A stretch of DNA of 64,000 nt from Phycisphaerae bacterium (GCA_963666835.2 CAXXGO010000006.1:2208001-2272000), one strand, 5' to 3'; counted from the first letter of the stretch, positions 1 through 10,730 are shown. Notes: generated from the letters alone by a model not told the origin. Made by a program: numbers and translations.

Positions 1-1168
1 GGGTGATTACGGGGAAGAAGGTCACGATCGTTCGGTAGATGAACATCAACAGAGAGACCAGCCCGATCGACACTGCGAACTCGCCTATCGACGGGAAGTA
101 GCTCTTCACCGGGTAGAGCGGCTGGTAGCCGATGAGGAAGACGTTAATCCGATTTAGCGTTACGCCCAGGACGATCATCAAGGCGGCGATAAACAGCCAC
201 TTCGGCGAGTTACGCACTTCTGGTGACAAGAGCATGACAAAAGGTGCGATGACCCCGAAGAGCATCTCGATGATGAACATCGTGCTTTGTACGGAACCCT
301 CGACTAAATATACGTAGCTGCCCCGGATTGCCATGTCGCCAATCTTGAAACCCAGGTAAATGCCCAGAAGGACCGGGATGTACTTGGCGAGAGCACTGAG
401 TATCTCCATCTCGGGCTTGAGCTTCAGAGCCCACGAGGCGAACATGGATTCGAATATGACCATCGGGAATCCGACGGCTATGGCCGACAGCAGGAACATG
501 ATGGTCAGGATCGGAGTCCACCACAGGGGGTGCACCTTCGAAGGCGCAATAACCATCAGGTTCCCCAGCGAGGACTGGTGGGCACACGACAACACCACGC
601 CCGCGATAATCAGCAGGAACATTATCTTATCGAGCCAGGCGTTCGCCGCTTTCAGGAAACTCCCGATCGGGGCAAAGAACTTGTCGCCCATCAGTCGCTC
701 GCACACGATCGGGGCGAACTCGAGGTACAGGACGGTCAGGTAGCACGTCACGCAGATACCGACCTCGAACAACGCGGAATTCGGGCTCCACATGGTCGGC
801 CACAGCGGGTGCCATATATTGTAATAGCGGCCCAGGTCCGCGAGCAGCCCGATAGCCACGAAGGTGTAGCCCAGCATGGCCGTCAGCAGGGCGGGACGTA
901 CCACTGCGTGATAGTGTTCCCGATGGAAAATGTGGGCCAGCGCCGAAGTGGTGAACCCGCCGGCGGCCAAGGCGACGCCGGTTGCGACATCGAATGCGAT
1001 CCACAATCCCCAGGGGTGTTGCTGATCGAGATTCGTTGTCGAACTGAGACCGAAAATGAAGCGGTAAGCTGCGACACTCGCACCGATGACCACCAAGGCG
1101 AGCATGACGCACACGCCGGGAGTTATCAACTTGCGGTCGACGGGCAACGGTTGATGATGGTCACTCAC
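1..1168 (-). CDS. NrfD/HybB/HmcC-family integral membrane subunit (runs off the left edge)
   Basis: Not in the ORF track. Manual translation from GTG 1168 (RBS GAGGAG): MSDHHQPLPVDRKLITPG...TTNLDQQHPWGLWIAFDVATGVALAAGGF...DLGRYYNIWHP...NSALFEVGIC, typical NrfD-family motifs. Lies downstream of a HybA-like ferredoxin. Confidence 0.88.
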   Translation of the reverse strand, partial: MSDHHQPLPVDRKLITPGVCVMLALVVIGASVAAYRFIFGLSSTTNLDQQHPWGLWIAFDVATGVALAAGGFTTSALAHIFHREHYHAVVRPALLTAMLGYTFVAIGLLADLGRYYNIWHPLWPTMWSPNSALFEVGICVTCYLTVLYLEFAPIVCERLMGDKFFAPIGSFLKAANAWLDKIMFLLIIAGVVLSCAHQSSLGNLMVIAPSKVHPLWWTPILTIMFLLSAIAVGFPMVIFESMFASWALKLKPEMEILSALAKYIPVLLGIYLGFKIGDMAIRGSYVYLVEGSVQSTMFIIEMLFGVIAPFVMLLSPEVRNSPKWLFIAALMIVLGVTLNRINVFLIGYQPLYPVKSYFPSIGEFAVSIGLVSLLMFIYRTIVTFFPVIT

Positions 1169-1228
1169 GCTCAGGGCTCCTCTCTTAATCTGTTCGTTGA
1201 AGGGGAATCGGATCGACCTCGCCGAGAT

Positions 1229-2146
1229 TCAGCATTCAGAGTCGGGTTCGGGATCTTCCTCTTCAGGTTTGCTCAGCCACATGGCTGCGCCGAGCAACCC
1301 GAACCACATCATCGGGGGAAGGAAAAACTTGAACTCAGCGTGCTGGATCTTCTCCGTCAACCGAGGCGGAGCCGTAGTATCGAATTGCCGGAACCCGACA
1401 TCCTTGGGTGGAATGCTGGAGAGCCACAGCCACGAAGTTCCCCCGGCCTCGTGCTCGCCGTACACGTGGTCGACGTACGTGTCGGGCTCGTTGCGGATTT
1501 TCTCGTGGGCCAGCTTCAGCAGATCGCTTCTCTTGCCGTAGGTCATTACTTCTGCCGGGCAGATCTTCACACATGCGGGGACCGCCTGGTGATCTGGGAC
1601 CAGATGAGCGCACATGTTGCATTTTCGGACCTGCGGTGTCAGAGGCATGTCGTAGTCGTACGACGGAATCTCAAATGGACAGGCGACCATGCAGTAGCGG
1701 CATCCCATGCAACGGTTGGGTTCATAAACGACCGGGCCATCCTCGCGCTTGCTGAACGCGCTGACGATGCACGCGGACATGCACGCCGGGTCGATGCAGT
1801 GGAGGCAGTTGAATTTGTTGTAAATCGGCGCCTCCGGCGTCGCCGGGTTGGCATACTCGTTGATTACCGTGTGCGAACGCGGGTAAGGTCGGCGCGCCTC
1901 GACGAAGACCGACTTATCTTCGAAATCCTCTACCGGGGGCGGGGAAAAGCCGGCCGCCTCCTGGCAGGCAAACTCGCATCTTCGGCATCCGATGCACTTG
2001 GTCGAGTCCACCAGCACGCCCATCAGGTTTTCAGAGACGTGAGGTCCTTCGCTAGCCAGAGCGCTCTTGGTGGCGCCACCGGCCGCAGTGCTTCCGACGC
2101 CGACAGCCGCCAGGTTCTTAAGGAAGTCCCGTCGCGATACCGCCAT
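1229..2146 (-). CDS. Tat-exported multi-[4Fe-4S] ferredoxin (HybA/HmcB-like) with C-terminal TM anchor
   Basis: SRRDFLK Tat motif; CIGCRRCEFAC, CLHCIDPACMSAC, CMGCRYCMVACP, CNMC...PACVKICP; YGEHEAGGTSWL; RBS GGAGG before ATG 2146. Confidence 0.9.
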   Translation of the reverse strand: MAVSRRDFLKNLAAVGVGSTAAGGATKSALASEGPHVSENLMGVLVDSTKCIGCRRCEFACQEAAGFSPPPVEDFEDKSVFVEARRPYPRSHTVINEYANPATPEAPIYNKFNCLHCIDPACMSACIVSAFSKREDGPVVYEPNRCMGCRYCMVACPFEIPSYDYDMPLTPQVRKCNMCAHLVPDHQAVPACVKICPAEVMTYGKRSDLLKLAHEKIRNEPDTYVDHVYGEHEAGGTSWLWLSSIPPKDVGFRQFDTTAPPRLTEKIQHAEFKFFLPPMMWFGLLGAAMWLSKPEEEDPEPDSEC

Positions 2147-2793
2147 CAATAGGCCTCCTGTTCAATCCGGATTCTTGGTCTCGCCCAACACTCATTCGCA
2201 AAAGTGTACAGTGTATAGTATAGCGATTCGCGCACCACCGCCGAACGCAAAAGTCGGGTTTGTTGGGGTGGAATCACGTATAAAAGCGTGGACGTGCGGT
2301 AAAGGACGACTGGAGGATGAGAGTCGGAGCGATTCTTGAAGTGTGCCGGCCTTCGTTTGCGCGTTGAGTACCGGGGCTGAGGGCGTTGTCGTTCTCCTTG
2401 CCGGGTGAGCCCGACGATGCGACGGTATACGTTGCACGGGGGTGTAAGATGGGCGGTGGTGGGCGAATGGGTAAGTATTGCGCCGTTTCCGTGGGGCTGC
2501 GCGATGTGTTAACGGTGCAATGACCGCCCTTGTGCAGCTTCGCAACGGCTACCGGTTCAGGTGGCGAAAGACAAGCTCATGTCAGTAGGTGCATGGCGGG
2601 CGCCGGTAAGTAGTCGCGTCCGTTGTTGCGGCGGGCGTCCAACGAGCTCGAAGATGCTGGTGTCGACATCCCAGGTTGGTAAAGGAACGATTGCGAAAGG
2701 GGCTTGCACGGTGCGCTCAACCGCTGCAAAATGCGGCGTTTCTGGGCGCGCGCGCGTCTGGGTTGCTCGTTCTTTCTAGGGAGTGTTATCAGA

Positions 2794-3468
2794 ATGACAA
2801 CACGTGGTGTTTGGGATTACGCGTCGCGTACCGTGGCCGTATTGTCTGTGATCGGTTGCCTGACGTTGGTGATCGGTTGTCCTGTTGCTCCGCCGACACC
2901 GGAGTGCCTGGTTGATACGGATTGTGCCGAGGGCGAGGTCTGTACGGATGGCGTTTGCGTAGAGGAAACGACTCCGGAGTGTACCGAGGACGCTGATTGC
3001 GCCGAGGGCGAAGTCTGTACGGACGGCGTTTGCGTAGAGGAAACGACTCCGGAGTGTACCGAGGACGCTGATTGCGCCGAGGGCGAAGTCTGTACGGACG
3101 GCGTTTGCGTAGAGGAAACGACTCCGGAGTGTACCGAGGACGCTGACTGCGCCGAGGGCGAAGTCTGTACGGATGGCGTTTGCGTAGAGGAAACGACTCC
3201 CGAGTGTACCGAGGACGCTGACTGCGCCGAGGGCGAAGTCTGTACGGATGGCGTCTGCGTAGAGGGAGAGACTCCACTGGACGGCGCCACGCTTTACGCG
3301 GACAACTGTGCCGCTTGCCACGGGGCTGACGGCGCGACCGGTTTTGCCAACGACATCACCGGTATGAGTGCGGCCGACTTGACTACGGGGCTTGAGTCCG
3401 CCACCCATGGTGGCATCGACTTGACTGCCGACGAAGTGAGTGCCATCGCGACGTTCCTGGGCGGGTAG
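2794..3468 (+). CDS. Lipoprotein with five Cys-rich repeats and a C-terminal monoheme cytochrome c domain
   Basis: RBS GGGAG before ATG 2794; lipobox-like LVIGC; 5x ECTEDADCAEGEVCTDGVCVEETTP; DGATLYADNCAACHG heme motif. Confidence 0.8.
   Translation: MTTRGVWDYASRTVAVLSVIGCLTLVIGCPVAPPTPECLVDTDCAEGEVCTDGVCVEETTPECTEDADCAEGEVCTDGVCVEETTPECTEDADCAEGEVCTDGVCVEETTPECTEDADCAEGEVCTDGVCVEETTPECTEDADCAEGEVCTDGVCVEGETPLDGATLYADNCAACHGADGATGFANDITGMSAADLTTGLESATHGGIDLTADEVSAIATFLGG
2902..3276 (+). repeat. Five tandem 75-bp coding repeats (25 aa, CxxDxDCxxGxxCxxGxC)
   Basis: Units start at 2902, 2977, 3052, 3127 and 3202; near-identical at the nucleotide level. Confidence 0.95.
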
Positions 3469-3706
3469 GTTTCGGACCGAGGCATCGCGGCCGGGTCACG
3501 GGAGCGGGCTTTGCTGCAGCGGCGGAATTGCGCTGTGCGCGAAAAGGCCCGAAGGGATGCATACGGCCTTCGAAGGTCGTTACTGCGTTCTAACCGGTGG
3601 GCCGTTGTTGATCACTGCGTCATGGAATACGGGTGGGTGCGCCGGGTCAACGCCCGGTGTCCCGCCCGTTCTCTTTCTTGTCGGCGGCTCGCGCCGTAGT
3701 CGGCGG

Positions 3707-4957
3707 TCAGCTTTCCGCGCCCTTGCTCACCTCCCGGGTGACGTTGGTGGCGTACGCTCCCGGTGGCAGGGCGAAAGACAGCCGGAGGAAGGCTCCGCGT
3801 TCGTCCTCGCCGGCGTCAACTTCAGGCTGCTTCAGGGGCACGCGAAGTGGTCGGCGGGCTCCGTCCAGCTTTGTTCCGTCTCGCGTTCGAACCTCGCCGC
3901 GGGACAGTTCGAACGTCTCGAGGACTGCAGTTTCTCTCTCGCCGGGTCTGCCCTTAGCGGGTTTCATCTTCTTGCCGAACAGGGGGCCGGTCGGGGAGAT
4001 CTCGAACTCGTCGCAACGGGGTTGTTCTACATCGGCATCCTCGACGAGAAAGCACGCACCGTTGCGGTGCTTCCACGCGACGTCGCCGGTCTCGATTCGG
4101 TCAAGCGCCGCGATGCGTTCGGCGAGGATCCGGTTGAACAGCTTGCTTTGAACGGCTGAGACGTAGAGCTTCCGCAGCGTGTGGTCGACTGCGCGCCACG
4201 CTTTGCTGAAATCGCCGTCAGTTGTAACGAGGGTCCGACAGACTCGGGCTTGTTGTGCGAACTTTCGTGGCCAGGCATCAGCCGCGGCGTGGAAATCGCC
4301 CGCATCGAACAACTCTCGAGCCCGGCGCATCGGGCCGTGGTCTGCTGCGGTGGGGCTTCCGAGCATTAGCGTTACGGCGAGCTCGAGATCATCGTGCAGT
4401 ACTGCCATGCCGATGTCAGCGTTATCGCCGCGGACTCCGAAGCGTTGCGGGCCGAAGTAATTGGGAACGCCGCGGGTCGCGAGCACGCCGACGATTCTCC
4501 GGGCGTCCTCCAACCCGGATGGCGCTGCCTTGCGGATCTTGATGCAGAAGCGATTGCCGGCCAGGTGGCCGAGTTTGAGCTTGTTTGTGTGGAGGCCGAC
4601 GGAGAGGATTTTGATCTGAGCCAGACTCAGTGATTCGACCTGGGCGGGATCGACGTGCTCCACGCTGAGGGTCTGGCGGGTGACGCCGTGAGCGTCCTTG
4701 AGCCCGGCGTACCCGATCTCGCGAGGCTTTCTTCCGAGTGCCCGGGCGATCAGATCAATGGCCGCCAACGTTGCGAGTCCGCGCTTCTCTATCGTGAAGT
4801 AGACGTGAGTGCCCCGCCCGGTCGGCAGGTATTGCGGTACCTCCTCGACGAAGAAGTCCTCGTCGAACTGTTTGATGACACCGCCCGTACCGGGCAGGTT
4901 ACAGGTCAAGTAGGGCAGTTCGCCGACGGTCTCATGGAACGAGTTCATGTTGGTCAA
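3707..4957 (-). CDS. truD: tRNA pseudouridine(13) synthase
   Basis: DFFVEE, GYAGLKDAHGVTRQ, KLKLGHLAGNRF, GVPNYFGPQRFG, SAVQSKLFN, FALPPGAYAT motifs. Confidence 0.95.
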   Translation of the reverse strand: MTNMNSFHETVGELPYLTCNLPGTGGVIKQFDEDFFVEEVPQYLPTGRGTHVYFTIEKRGLATLAAIDLIARALGRKPREIGYAGLKDAHGVTRQTLSVEHVDPAQVESLSLAQIKILSVGLHTNKLKLGHLAGNRFCIKIRKAAPSGLEDARRIVGVLATRGVPNYFGPQRFGVRGDNADIGMAVLHDDLELAVTLMLGSPTAADHGPMRRARELFDAGDFHAAADAWPRKFAQQARVCRTLVTTDGDFSKAWRAVDHTLRKLYVSAVQSKLFNRILAERIAALDRIETGDVAWKHRNGACFLVEDADVEQPRCDEFEISPTGPLFGKKMKPAKGRPGERETAVLETFELSRGEVRTRDGTKLDGARRPLRVPLKQPEVDAGEDERGAFLRLSFALPPGAYATNVTREVSKGAES

Positions 4958-5079
4958 TCTATCCGGGACCGAGGCAAGACGGAACTGGACGGCGGATTGG
5001 AATAGCTAATCGACGCGCATAGGTGGGCGTATTTCGTCAAGTTGCCGCCGAGGCGGGCGACGACTACGATGGCCCGACT

Positions 5080-6435
5080 ATGCGTTGGTTGGCCGATTTG
5101 GCGTATTTTCTGGCGGGGATGCTATACCTACCGGTTGCGCTCTACCAGATGGTAGTGCTCGGCAAGAACCGGCGCGGATGGGGCGAGCGATTCGGGCTGG
5201 TGGGCCCGTTTGCCCGATCGAAGCCGCGGCTCTGGATTCACGCGGTATCCCTTGGCGAGGTCAATTGCACTCCTCGGTTGGTTTCCGCCTTGCGCGAGGA
5301 TCTCCCCGATCACGAATTCGTCGTCTCGACCACGACTGACACGGGATTCGCCAGGGCCGTGGAGCTTTATGGCCGGGAGCGCGTCTTTCGGTTTCCCCTG
5401 GACTTCAGCCCGGTGATCAGTCGCGTGCTGGCTCGCTTGGCTCCGTCCCTGATCATATTGGTGGAATTGGAGGTTTGGTTCAACCTGGTACGGCTGGCGG
5501 ATCGGCGGGGGGTTCCGGTGGCCGTGGTCAACGGTCGGCTCACGGAGCGAAGCACGCGGCGTTTTCGATGGCTCGGGGCGCTGGGGATGTCGATGTTTAG
5601 CCGTCTGGCGTGGGTTGGGGCGCAGGATGACGCTATTGCGCGGCGGTTTGAAGCTCTGGGAACGCCTCCGGATCGGATAGAGGTGACGTCGTCTTTAAAA
5701 TGGGATACGGCACTAGTTGCCGACCGGATCGACGGCGAGGAGGCTCTGGCGAAATCGATGGGTATCGCTGCGGATCGCCCGCTTTGGGTGTGCGGGAGCA
5801 CGGGCCCGGGCGAAGAGAAGATCATTCTCAGTGCCTATCGTCAATTGTTACAGGAATTGGGCGGTTTGGCACAAGGCGTGCATAGCGGTCCGGAGGTGTC
5901 TGTGGGTATCGGACTACCCGCTCTCGCCGTTGTCCCGCGCAAGCCCGAGCGGTTTGACGAGGTTGCCCGCCTTATCGAGCGGGCCGGCTTCTCATGCGTT
6001 CGCCGTAGTGACAACCCGGACGGCAGCGATCCGGGAGTCCAACCGTCAGCGGTGATGCTCGGGGACACGATGGGAGAGTTGCGGAAGTTCTATTCGCTGG
6101 CCACCGTGGTCTTCGTCGGGCGGTCTCTGGTGCCGATGGGCGGGTCGGACCCAATGGAGGCGGCAGCGCTGGGTAAGCCGGTGCTGGTGGGGCCGCACAC
6201 GGCGAACTTCCGAATTCCGGTCGAAGCGCTGGCGAGGCGTGACGCCATCCGTATAGTAGCTTCTCCGGACCAGCTCTCGGGTGCGGTTCTTGCGATGCTC
6301 CAAGATCCCTCGGCAGCACTGGCCCTGGGGCAGCGTGGCCGGGAAGTGGTGACGCGAAACCAGGGCGCGACGAAACGTACTGCCGCCGCGGTGGTCGGCC
6401 TGCTCGCCGCTGCCCGATCCGGTTCTGTACGGTGA
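5080..6435 (+). CDS. waaA: 3-deoxy-D-manno-octulosonic acid (Kdo) transferase
   Basis: N-terminal TM; WIHAVSLGEV, STTTDTG, FPLDF, VNGRL, VPRKPERF, GDTMGEL, FVGRSLVPMGG motifs. Confidence 0.92.
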   Translation: MRWLADLAYFLAGMLYLPVALYQMVVLGKNRRGWGERFGLVGPFARSKPRLWIHAVSLGEVNCTPRLVSALREDLPDHEFVVSTTTDTGFARAVELYGRERVFRFPLDFSPVISRVLARLAPSLIILVELEVWFNLVRLADRRGVPVAVVNGRLTERSTRRFRWLGALGMSMFSRLAWVGAQDDAIARRFEALGTPPDRIEVTSSLKWDTALVADRIDGEEALAKSMGIAADRPLWVCGSTGPGEEKIILSAYRQLLQELGGLAQGVHSGPEVSVGIGLPALAVVPRKPERFDEVARLIERAGFSCVRRSDNPDGSDPGVQPSAVMLGDTMGELRKFYSLATVVFVGRSLVPMGGSDPMEAAALGKPVLVGPHTANFRIPVEALARRDAIRIVASPDQLSGAVLAMLQDPSAALALGQRGREVVTRNQGATKRTAAAVVGLLAAARSGSVR

Positions 6436-6585
6436 TTATGGAATAAGTGGGTGCCGGGTCGATGCTCGGTAGCCCTTGGTAAGCGTGGGGATGTGAAAGA
6501 CCTTACGTATCGAATGCTATAAACGTTGGATGTCGGTGCGAGGCGTCCGTGCCCGGCTGAGTCTACTTGTGCAGGAGTAAAGAAC

Positions 6586-8574
6586 ATGAGCGATAGTGTC
6601 AGCGCGACCTCGGCTCCTTCAGGAGCTGATGTCTATCAACCCCCGAGTGAACTCGCTTCCCGGGCGCACATCAAGTCCTTTGAGCAGTACAAGGAAATGT
6701 ATGAGCGCTCCATCAACGACCCGGATGGGTTCTGGGGCGATGTAGCCAACGAGTTCCACTGGGAGAAGAAGTGGGACAAGGTCCGCGAGTACGATTTCAA
6801 GGGGTCGATTTCGATCAAGTACTTCGCCGGCGGCAAGACGAACATCACGTACAACGCGCTCGACCGCCATTTGGAGAAGCGCGGCGATCAGGTCGCGATT
6901 CTCTGGGAAGGCAACGAGCCGACCGAAGACGCCAAGCTCACCTATCGTGAGCTGTATACCGAGGTCTGCAAGTTTGCCAACGTGCTCAAGAGCCGCGGCG
7001 TCAAGAAGGGCGATCGGGTCTCGATCTACATGCCGATGGTCAAGGAATTGGCCATTGCGATGCTGGCCTGTGCTCGTATCGGTGCGGTGCACTCGATCGT
7101 GTTCGGCGGGTTCAGTCCGGATTCGCTGGCGGATCGGATCGTCGACTCCACTTGTGAGTTCCTGGTCACGACCGACGGCGTGATGCGTGGGGCCAAGGCC
7201 GTGCCGCTGAAGGGCAATGCCGACGCGGCGATGGAGATCAGTGCGAAGCAGGGCGTGAACGTCAAGACCTGCGTGGTATACGAGCGGGTGGGGGCGGACA
7301 AGGCCAAGATCGAGATGAAGGACGGCCGGGATGTCTGGTGGCACGAGGTGATGAAAGACGCCTCAGCCGATTGCCCGCCGGAGTGGATGGACGCCGAAGA
7401 TCCACTGTTCATCCTGTACACGTCGGGTTCGACCGGCAAGCCCAAGGGCGTGCTGCACACGGTCGGCGGTTACATGGTCTATACGACCGTTACGTTCCGG
7501 TACATCTTCGACTACCACGAAGGCGACATCTACTGGTGTACGGCCGACATCGGCTGGGTTACGGGGCATTCCTACATCGTGTACGGCCCGCTCTGTGCGG
7601 GAGCTACGACGTTGATGTTCGAAGGCGTTCCGACTTACCCGGATGCGGGCCGGTTCTGGGATGTGGTCGACAAATACAAGGTTACGCAGTTCTACACCGC
7701 GCCGACGGCCATTCGCGCAATCATGCGTGAAGGCGACGGTCCGGTGAAGGCGCGGAGCCGCAAGAGCCTGCGTTTGCTCGGTAGCGTCGGCGAGCCCATC
7801 AATCCGGAAGCCTGGCGGTGGTATTACGAGGTGGTCGGCGACAGCCGGTGCCCGATCGTCGACACTTGGTGGCAGACGGAGACTGGCGGTATTCTGATTA
7901 CGCCATTGCCGGGAGCCATTGCGTTGAAGCCCGGTTCGGCGACTCTTCCGTTCTTCGGGGTCAAGCCGAAATTGCTCGAGCCGGAAGGCAAGGAGATTGT
8001 CGGCGCCGGTGCGGGTGTGCTCTGTATGGAAGAGCCCTGGCCGGGGATCATGCGGACGGTTTACGGACAGCATGATCGCTTCAAGGAGACGTACTTCAGC
8101 ACCTATCCGGGTTTGTACTTCACGGGTGACGGGTGCCGCCGCGACGAGGACGGCTACTACTGGATCACCGGGCGCGTTGACGATGTCATTAACGTATCCG
8201 GGCACCGCATGGGTACGGCCGAGGTCGAAAGCGCGCTGGTTTCCCATGATAAGGTCACCGAGGCCGCGGTGGTCGGCTTCCCGCACGAAATCAAGGGGCA
8301 GGGCATCTACGCCTACGTCACCTTGAAGGCCGGCGAGGAGTATACCGATGCGTTGAAGAAGGAGCTGGTCATGCACGTGCGTAAGGAGATCGGCCCGATC
8401 GCAGCTCCTGATGTCATCCATTGGGCACCGGGGTTGCCGAAGACGCGGTCCGGCAAGATCATGCGGCGGATTCTCCGGAAGATCGCCGAAGGTGAGCCGG
8501 ATAAGGTCGGTGACGTCTCCACGCTGGCTGATCCGAGTGTGGTGCAGCATCTGGTGGATACGTATAAGAAGTAA
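6586..8574 (+). CDS. acs: Acetate--CoA ligase (AMP-forming)
   Basis: [70 protein letters not shown]. Confidence 0.97.
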   Translation: MSDSVSATSAPSGADVYQPPSELASRAHIKSFEQYKEMYERSINDPDGFWGDVANEFHWEKKWDKVREYDFKGSISIKYFAGGKTNITYNALDRHLEKRGDQVAILWEGNEPTEDAKLTYRELYTEVCKFANVLKSRGVKKGDRVSIYMPMVKELAIAMLACARIGAVHSIVFGGFSPDSLADRIVDSTCEFLVTTDGVMRGAKAVPLKGNADAAMEISAKQGVNVKTCVVYERVGADKAKIEMKDGRDVWWHEVMKDASADCPPEWMDAEDPLFILYTSGSTGKPKGVLHTVGGYMVYTTVTFRYIFDYHEGDIYWCTADIGWVTGHSYIVYGPLCAGATTLMFEGVPTYPDAGRFWDVVDKYKVTQFYTAPTAIRAIMREGDGPVKARSRKSLRLLGSVGEPINPEAWRWYYEVVGDSRCPIVDTWWQTETGGILITPLPGAIALKPGSATLPFFGVKPKLLEPEGKEIVGAGAGVLCMEEPWPGIMRTVYGQHDRFKETYFSTYPGLYFTGDGCRRDEDGYYWITGRVDDVINVSGHRMGTAEVESALVSHDKVTEAAVVGFPHEIKGQGIYAYVTLKAGEEYTDALKKELVMHVRKEIGPIAAPDVIHWAPGLPKTRSGKIMRRILRKIAEGEPDKVGDVSTLADPSVVQHLVDTYKK

Positions 8575-8646
8575 TCTGCGGTTCTCTCCGGTTGCGGACG
8601 GGTAGCCTGTCCGTGGCAAAGCCGGGTGGACAGGCCGAAGAATCAA

Positions 8647-8684
8647 GCGGGGCGGGCTCCAAGAGTCCGCCCCGCCTTTTTTTT
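8647..8684 (+). terminator. Rho-independent terminator after acs
   Basis: Stem GCGGGGCGGGCTC / GAGTCCGCCCCGC followed by T8. Confidence 0.85.
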
Positions 8685-8687
8685 GGC

Positions 8688-8960
8688 GAATGACAAGATC
8701 ATGGCAGAATCGTCCGGGGTAAGGTTGTCTGAACATGGGGGGCGATGACGATAGCCGCTGGTAGTCGGCGGCAGGTCTCGTTCCTCGACCATGCCCTACG
8801 GAGGTCGGGTGGCCCATGTTCTCTTGGGTCTGGAGAATGACAAGATTATGTCAGAATCGTCCGGGGTAAGGTTGTCTGAACATGGGGGAGCCGATGACGA
8901 TAGTCGCTGGCAGGTCTCGTGCCTCGACCATGCCCTACGGAAGGTGCGGCCCATTTCTGG
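8688..8960. repeat. Imperfect intergenic tandem duplication, period 147 bp
   Basis: GAATGACAAGAT...CAGAATCGTCCGGGGTAAGGTTGTCTGAACATGGGG...CCTCGACCATGCCCTACGGA begins at 8688 and again at 8835. Confidence 0.85.
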
Positions 8961-8961
8961 G

Positions 8962-10080
8962 CTAGCAAGCTTGTCCGGTTGATAACTTGGTAGGGGCGGC
9001 GGCGCTTCGCAGGCCGATCCATAAGGCCGCGGTGGATGCAACGACGAGGCCGAAGGCGATCCACGGATCGCGCAGAATCTCGCCGAATTGCGTGAATACG
9101 GGGAACGCCCCGGCCATCAACGCCAGGCAGGTCATTCCGAACGCGAAGGCGGGTTTGCCGGGGAACCCGGCGACGATCGTAACGAGAATCACCCCGGTGG
9201 GCATCTGGAACAGTAACATCCCCAAGGCGGCCACGTAGACGATCGGCGATCCGAACGACATTAAGGGGATCGAGATCAGCAGGGCGCCGACGGCCGCAGG
9301 TTTCCATCCGTACCGGTCGGCCAGGATCCCGCCGGAGGCCTTGCCTACTGCGGCGGCGAGTGCCAAAAGCATGGCCCCAGAGACAGTCGGCTTCGCCGCG
9401 ATTACGGCGGTCAAGCCCACCAGCGACCGAATGACGGTTGAAAAGAGCAGCAACACGATGACTGCATCGGAGATTGTCGATTCGCAAGGCTCAGTGATCT
9501 TACTTCGAGGCGCCGGGTCCGCGCCGGAACGGAGAATGACGGCGCCGGCCACCAACAGCAACGCCCCGGTTACAAATGGCAGAAGAGGCATCTGCGGACC
9601 CATCGTTACTCCGAGAACCAGCCCCAGTGCCCCGGGGGCGATGAAGATCCCCGGGGCCGCGCATCGCTTTGGAGTGAGGTTCAGGCTGAGCGATCCGGCG
9701 CCGACGTGGAACATGGCGTTTCCGACGCCGGCTACGCAGATTGACGATACCGGGAAAACGCCGACGGTGAGCACCGGCAGGGCGGTCAACAGGCACCCGC
9801 CAGCGGCCGCGAGCCGAGCAGAGTTCTTGCGATCCACGGCGAAGCCGACGAAGGGCTGGATTCCGAAAGCCAGAAAATCATAGGCCATGACCAGAGACCA
9901 GGCGGCCAGAGCGCTGAAGTCGTGTTGCGTTAACGTCTTAAAGAGGATCGCCGCGCACGAGGCGTCTATTAAGAAGTGAGCCACGGAGTAAGCGGCCAAG
10001 CTGCGGCCGGTGTTCTCTGTCGCGGTAGTGGCCGCTCGGGGCGTTGTGCGGCAGGCTATGTCCAAAGCGGGATGTACCAA
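8962..10080 (-). CDS. MFS-like multi-pass membrane protein (start uncertain)
   Basis: About 12 hydrophobic segments; AHFLID and GGILADRYGWK MFS-type loop motifs. Confidence 0.7.
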   Translation of the reverse strand: MVHPALDIACRTTPRAATTATENTGRSLAAYSVAHFLIDASCAAILFKTLTQHDFSALAAWSLVMAYDFLAFGIQPFVGFAVDRKNSARLAAAGGCLLTALPVLTVGVFPVSSICVAGVGNAMFHVGAGSLSLNLTPKRCAAPGIFIAPGALGLVLGVTMGPQMPLLPFVTGALLLVAGAVILRSGADPAPRSKITEPCESTISDAVIVLLLFSTVIRSLVGLTAVIAAKPTVSGAMLLALAAAVGKASGGILADRYGWKPAAVGALLISIPLMSFGSPIVYVAALGMLLFQMPTGVILVTIVAGFPGKPAFAFGMTCLALMAGAFPVFTQFGEILRDPWIAFGLVVASTAALWIGLRSAAAPTKLSTGQAC

Positions 10081-10442
10081 AGTTCACCAAAGGCAAACGA
10101 CGCCAGGTTTGCTACGACGATAGTAGCATAATCGTGCGCCAAGGTGGCGCGGGGCAAGCCCTGTTTGCGGTGGAAAGCCGCCCAAAACAACAGGCATTCC
10201 GAGGCCGGGGCGAAGGTCTCGGCCACCAGAAGATACGTCAGCCGGTCCCCGGCGGGAGAGAAGAAATACGGCAAGACGACAACGACAATCGGGTAGCTGC
10301 AGCTCGTAAGCCAGGCTCCGGCGAACAAACGGTGCCGCCATGGATGTCGCGGCGAAAGCGCTGCCATCAATAACGGAGTCTCGATCAGAACGGTTAACGC
10401 GAAGCCGATCAGAGGCTGCAACCAATACACCATCGAGTTCAT
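10056..10442 (-). CDS. Small four-TM hypothetical membrane protein
   Basis: Hydrophobic ORF (FALTVLIETPLL...AETFAPASECLLFW...VANLASFAFG) in an operon-like arrangement. Confidence 0.65.
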   Translation of the reverse strand: MNSMVYWLQPLIGFALTVLIETPLLMAALSPRHPWRHRLFAGAWLTSCSYPIVVVVLPYFFSPAGDRLTYLLVAETFAPASECLLFWAAFHRKQGLPRATLAHDYATIVVANLASFAFGELWYIPLWT

Positions 10443-10493
10443 CAGCCGGGCTTTCCCTACGCCGCTGCCCGCCGTGGAGCTTCCCCGCTTCGC

Positions 10494-10730
10494 CTACTTG
10501 CGGCGCCGCCGGGAATGCAGCGCAAGAAAGCCGGTCCCCACGAGCAACAACGATAGTATTCCGGCGCCTATCGCTCCGCACGTAGCGGACGAACCCGAAA
10601 CGATCGGAGAGGGTACGTCCGCCCATGCGGGATTCGCCAACGCCACAATTGCCAACCCCGCAAACAGGCGGGTGCTGCCCCGGAACAAGCGTCGCGAACC
10701 TCGCCGGTCGTCATGGGGTAGTATTCGCAT
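10494..10730 (-). CDS. Small protein: signal peptide plus C-terminal TM and basic tail
   Basis: RBS AAGGAG; ...LANPAWA|DVPSP...; ends GAGILSLLLVGTGFLALHSRRRRK. Confidence 0.6.
   Translation of the reverse strand: MRILPHDDRRGSRRLFRGSTRLFAGLAIVALANPAWADVPSPIVSGSSATCGAIGAGILSLLLVGTGFLALHSRRRRK

Noticed and set aside
530..2152. 540-aa plus-strand ORF and other long antisense ORFs (7363-8817, 14683-16212, 18662-19924, 28810-30597)
   Set aside because: They shadow well-supported genes on the opposite strand, as expected in GC-rich DNA, and show no motifs.
2902..3276. Regular repeats as a possible CRISPR array (also 29621-29827 and 55268-55672)
   Set aside because: No unique spacers; the units are in-frame coding repeats or REP stutter; no cas genes in the window.
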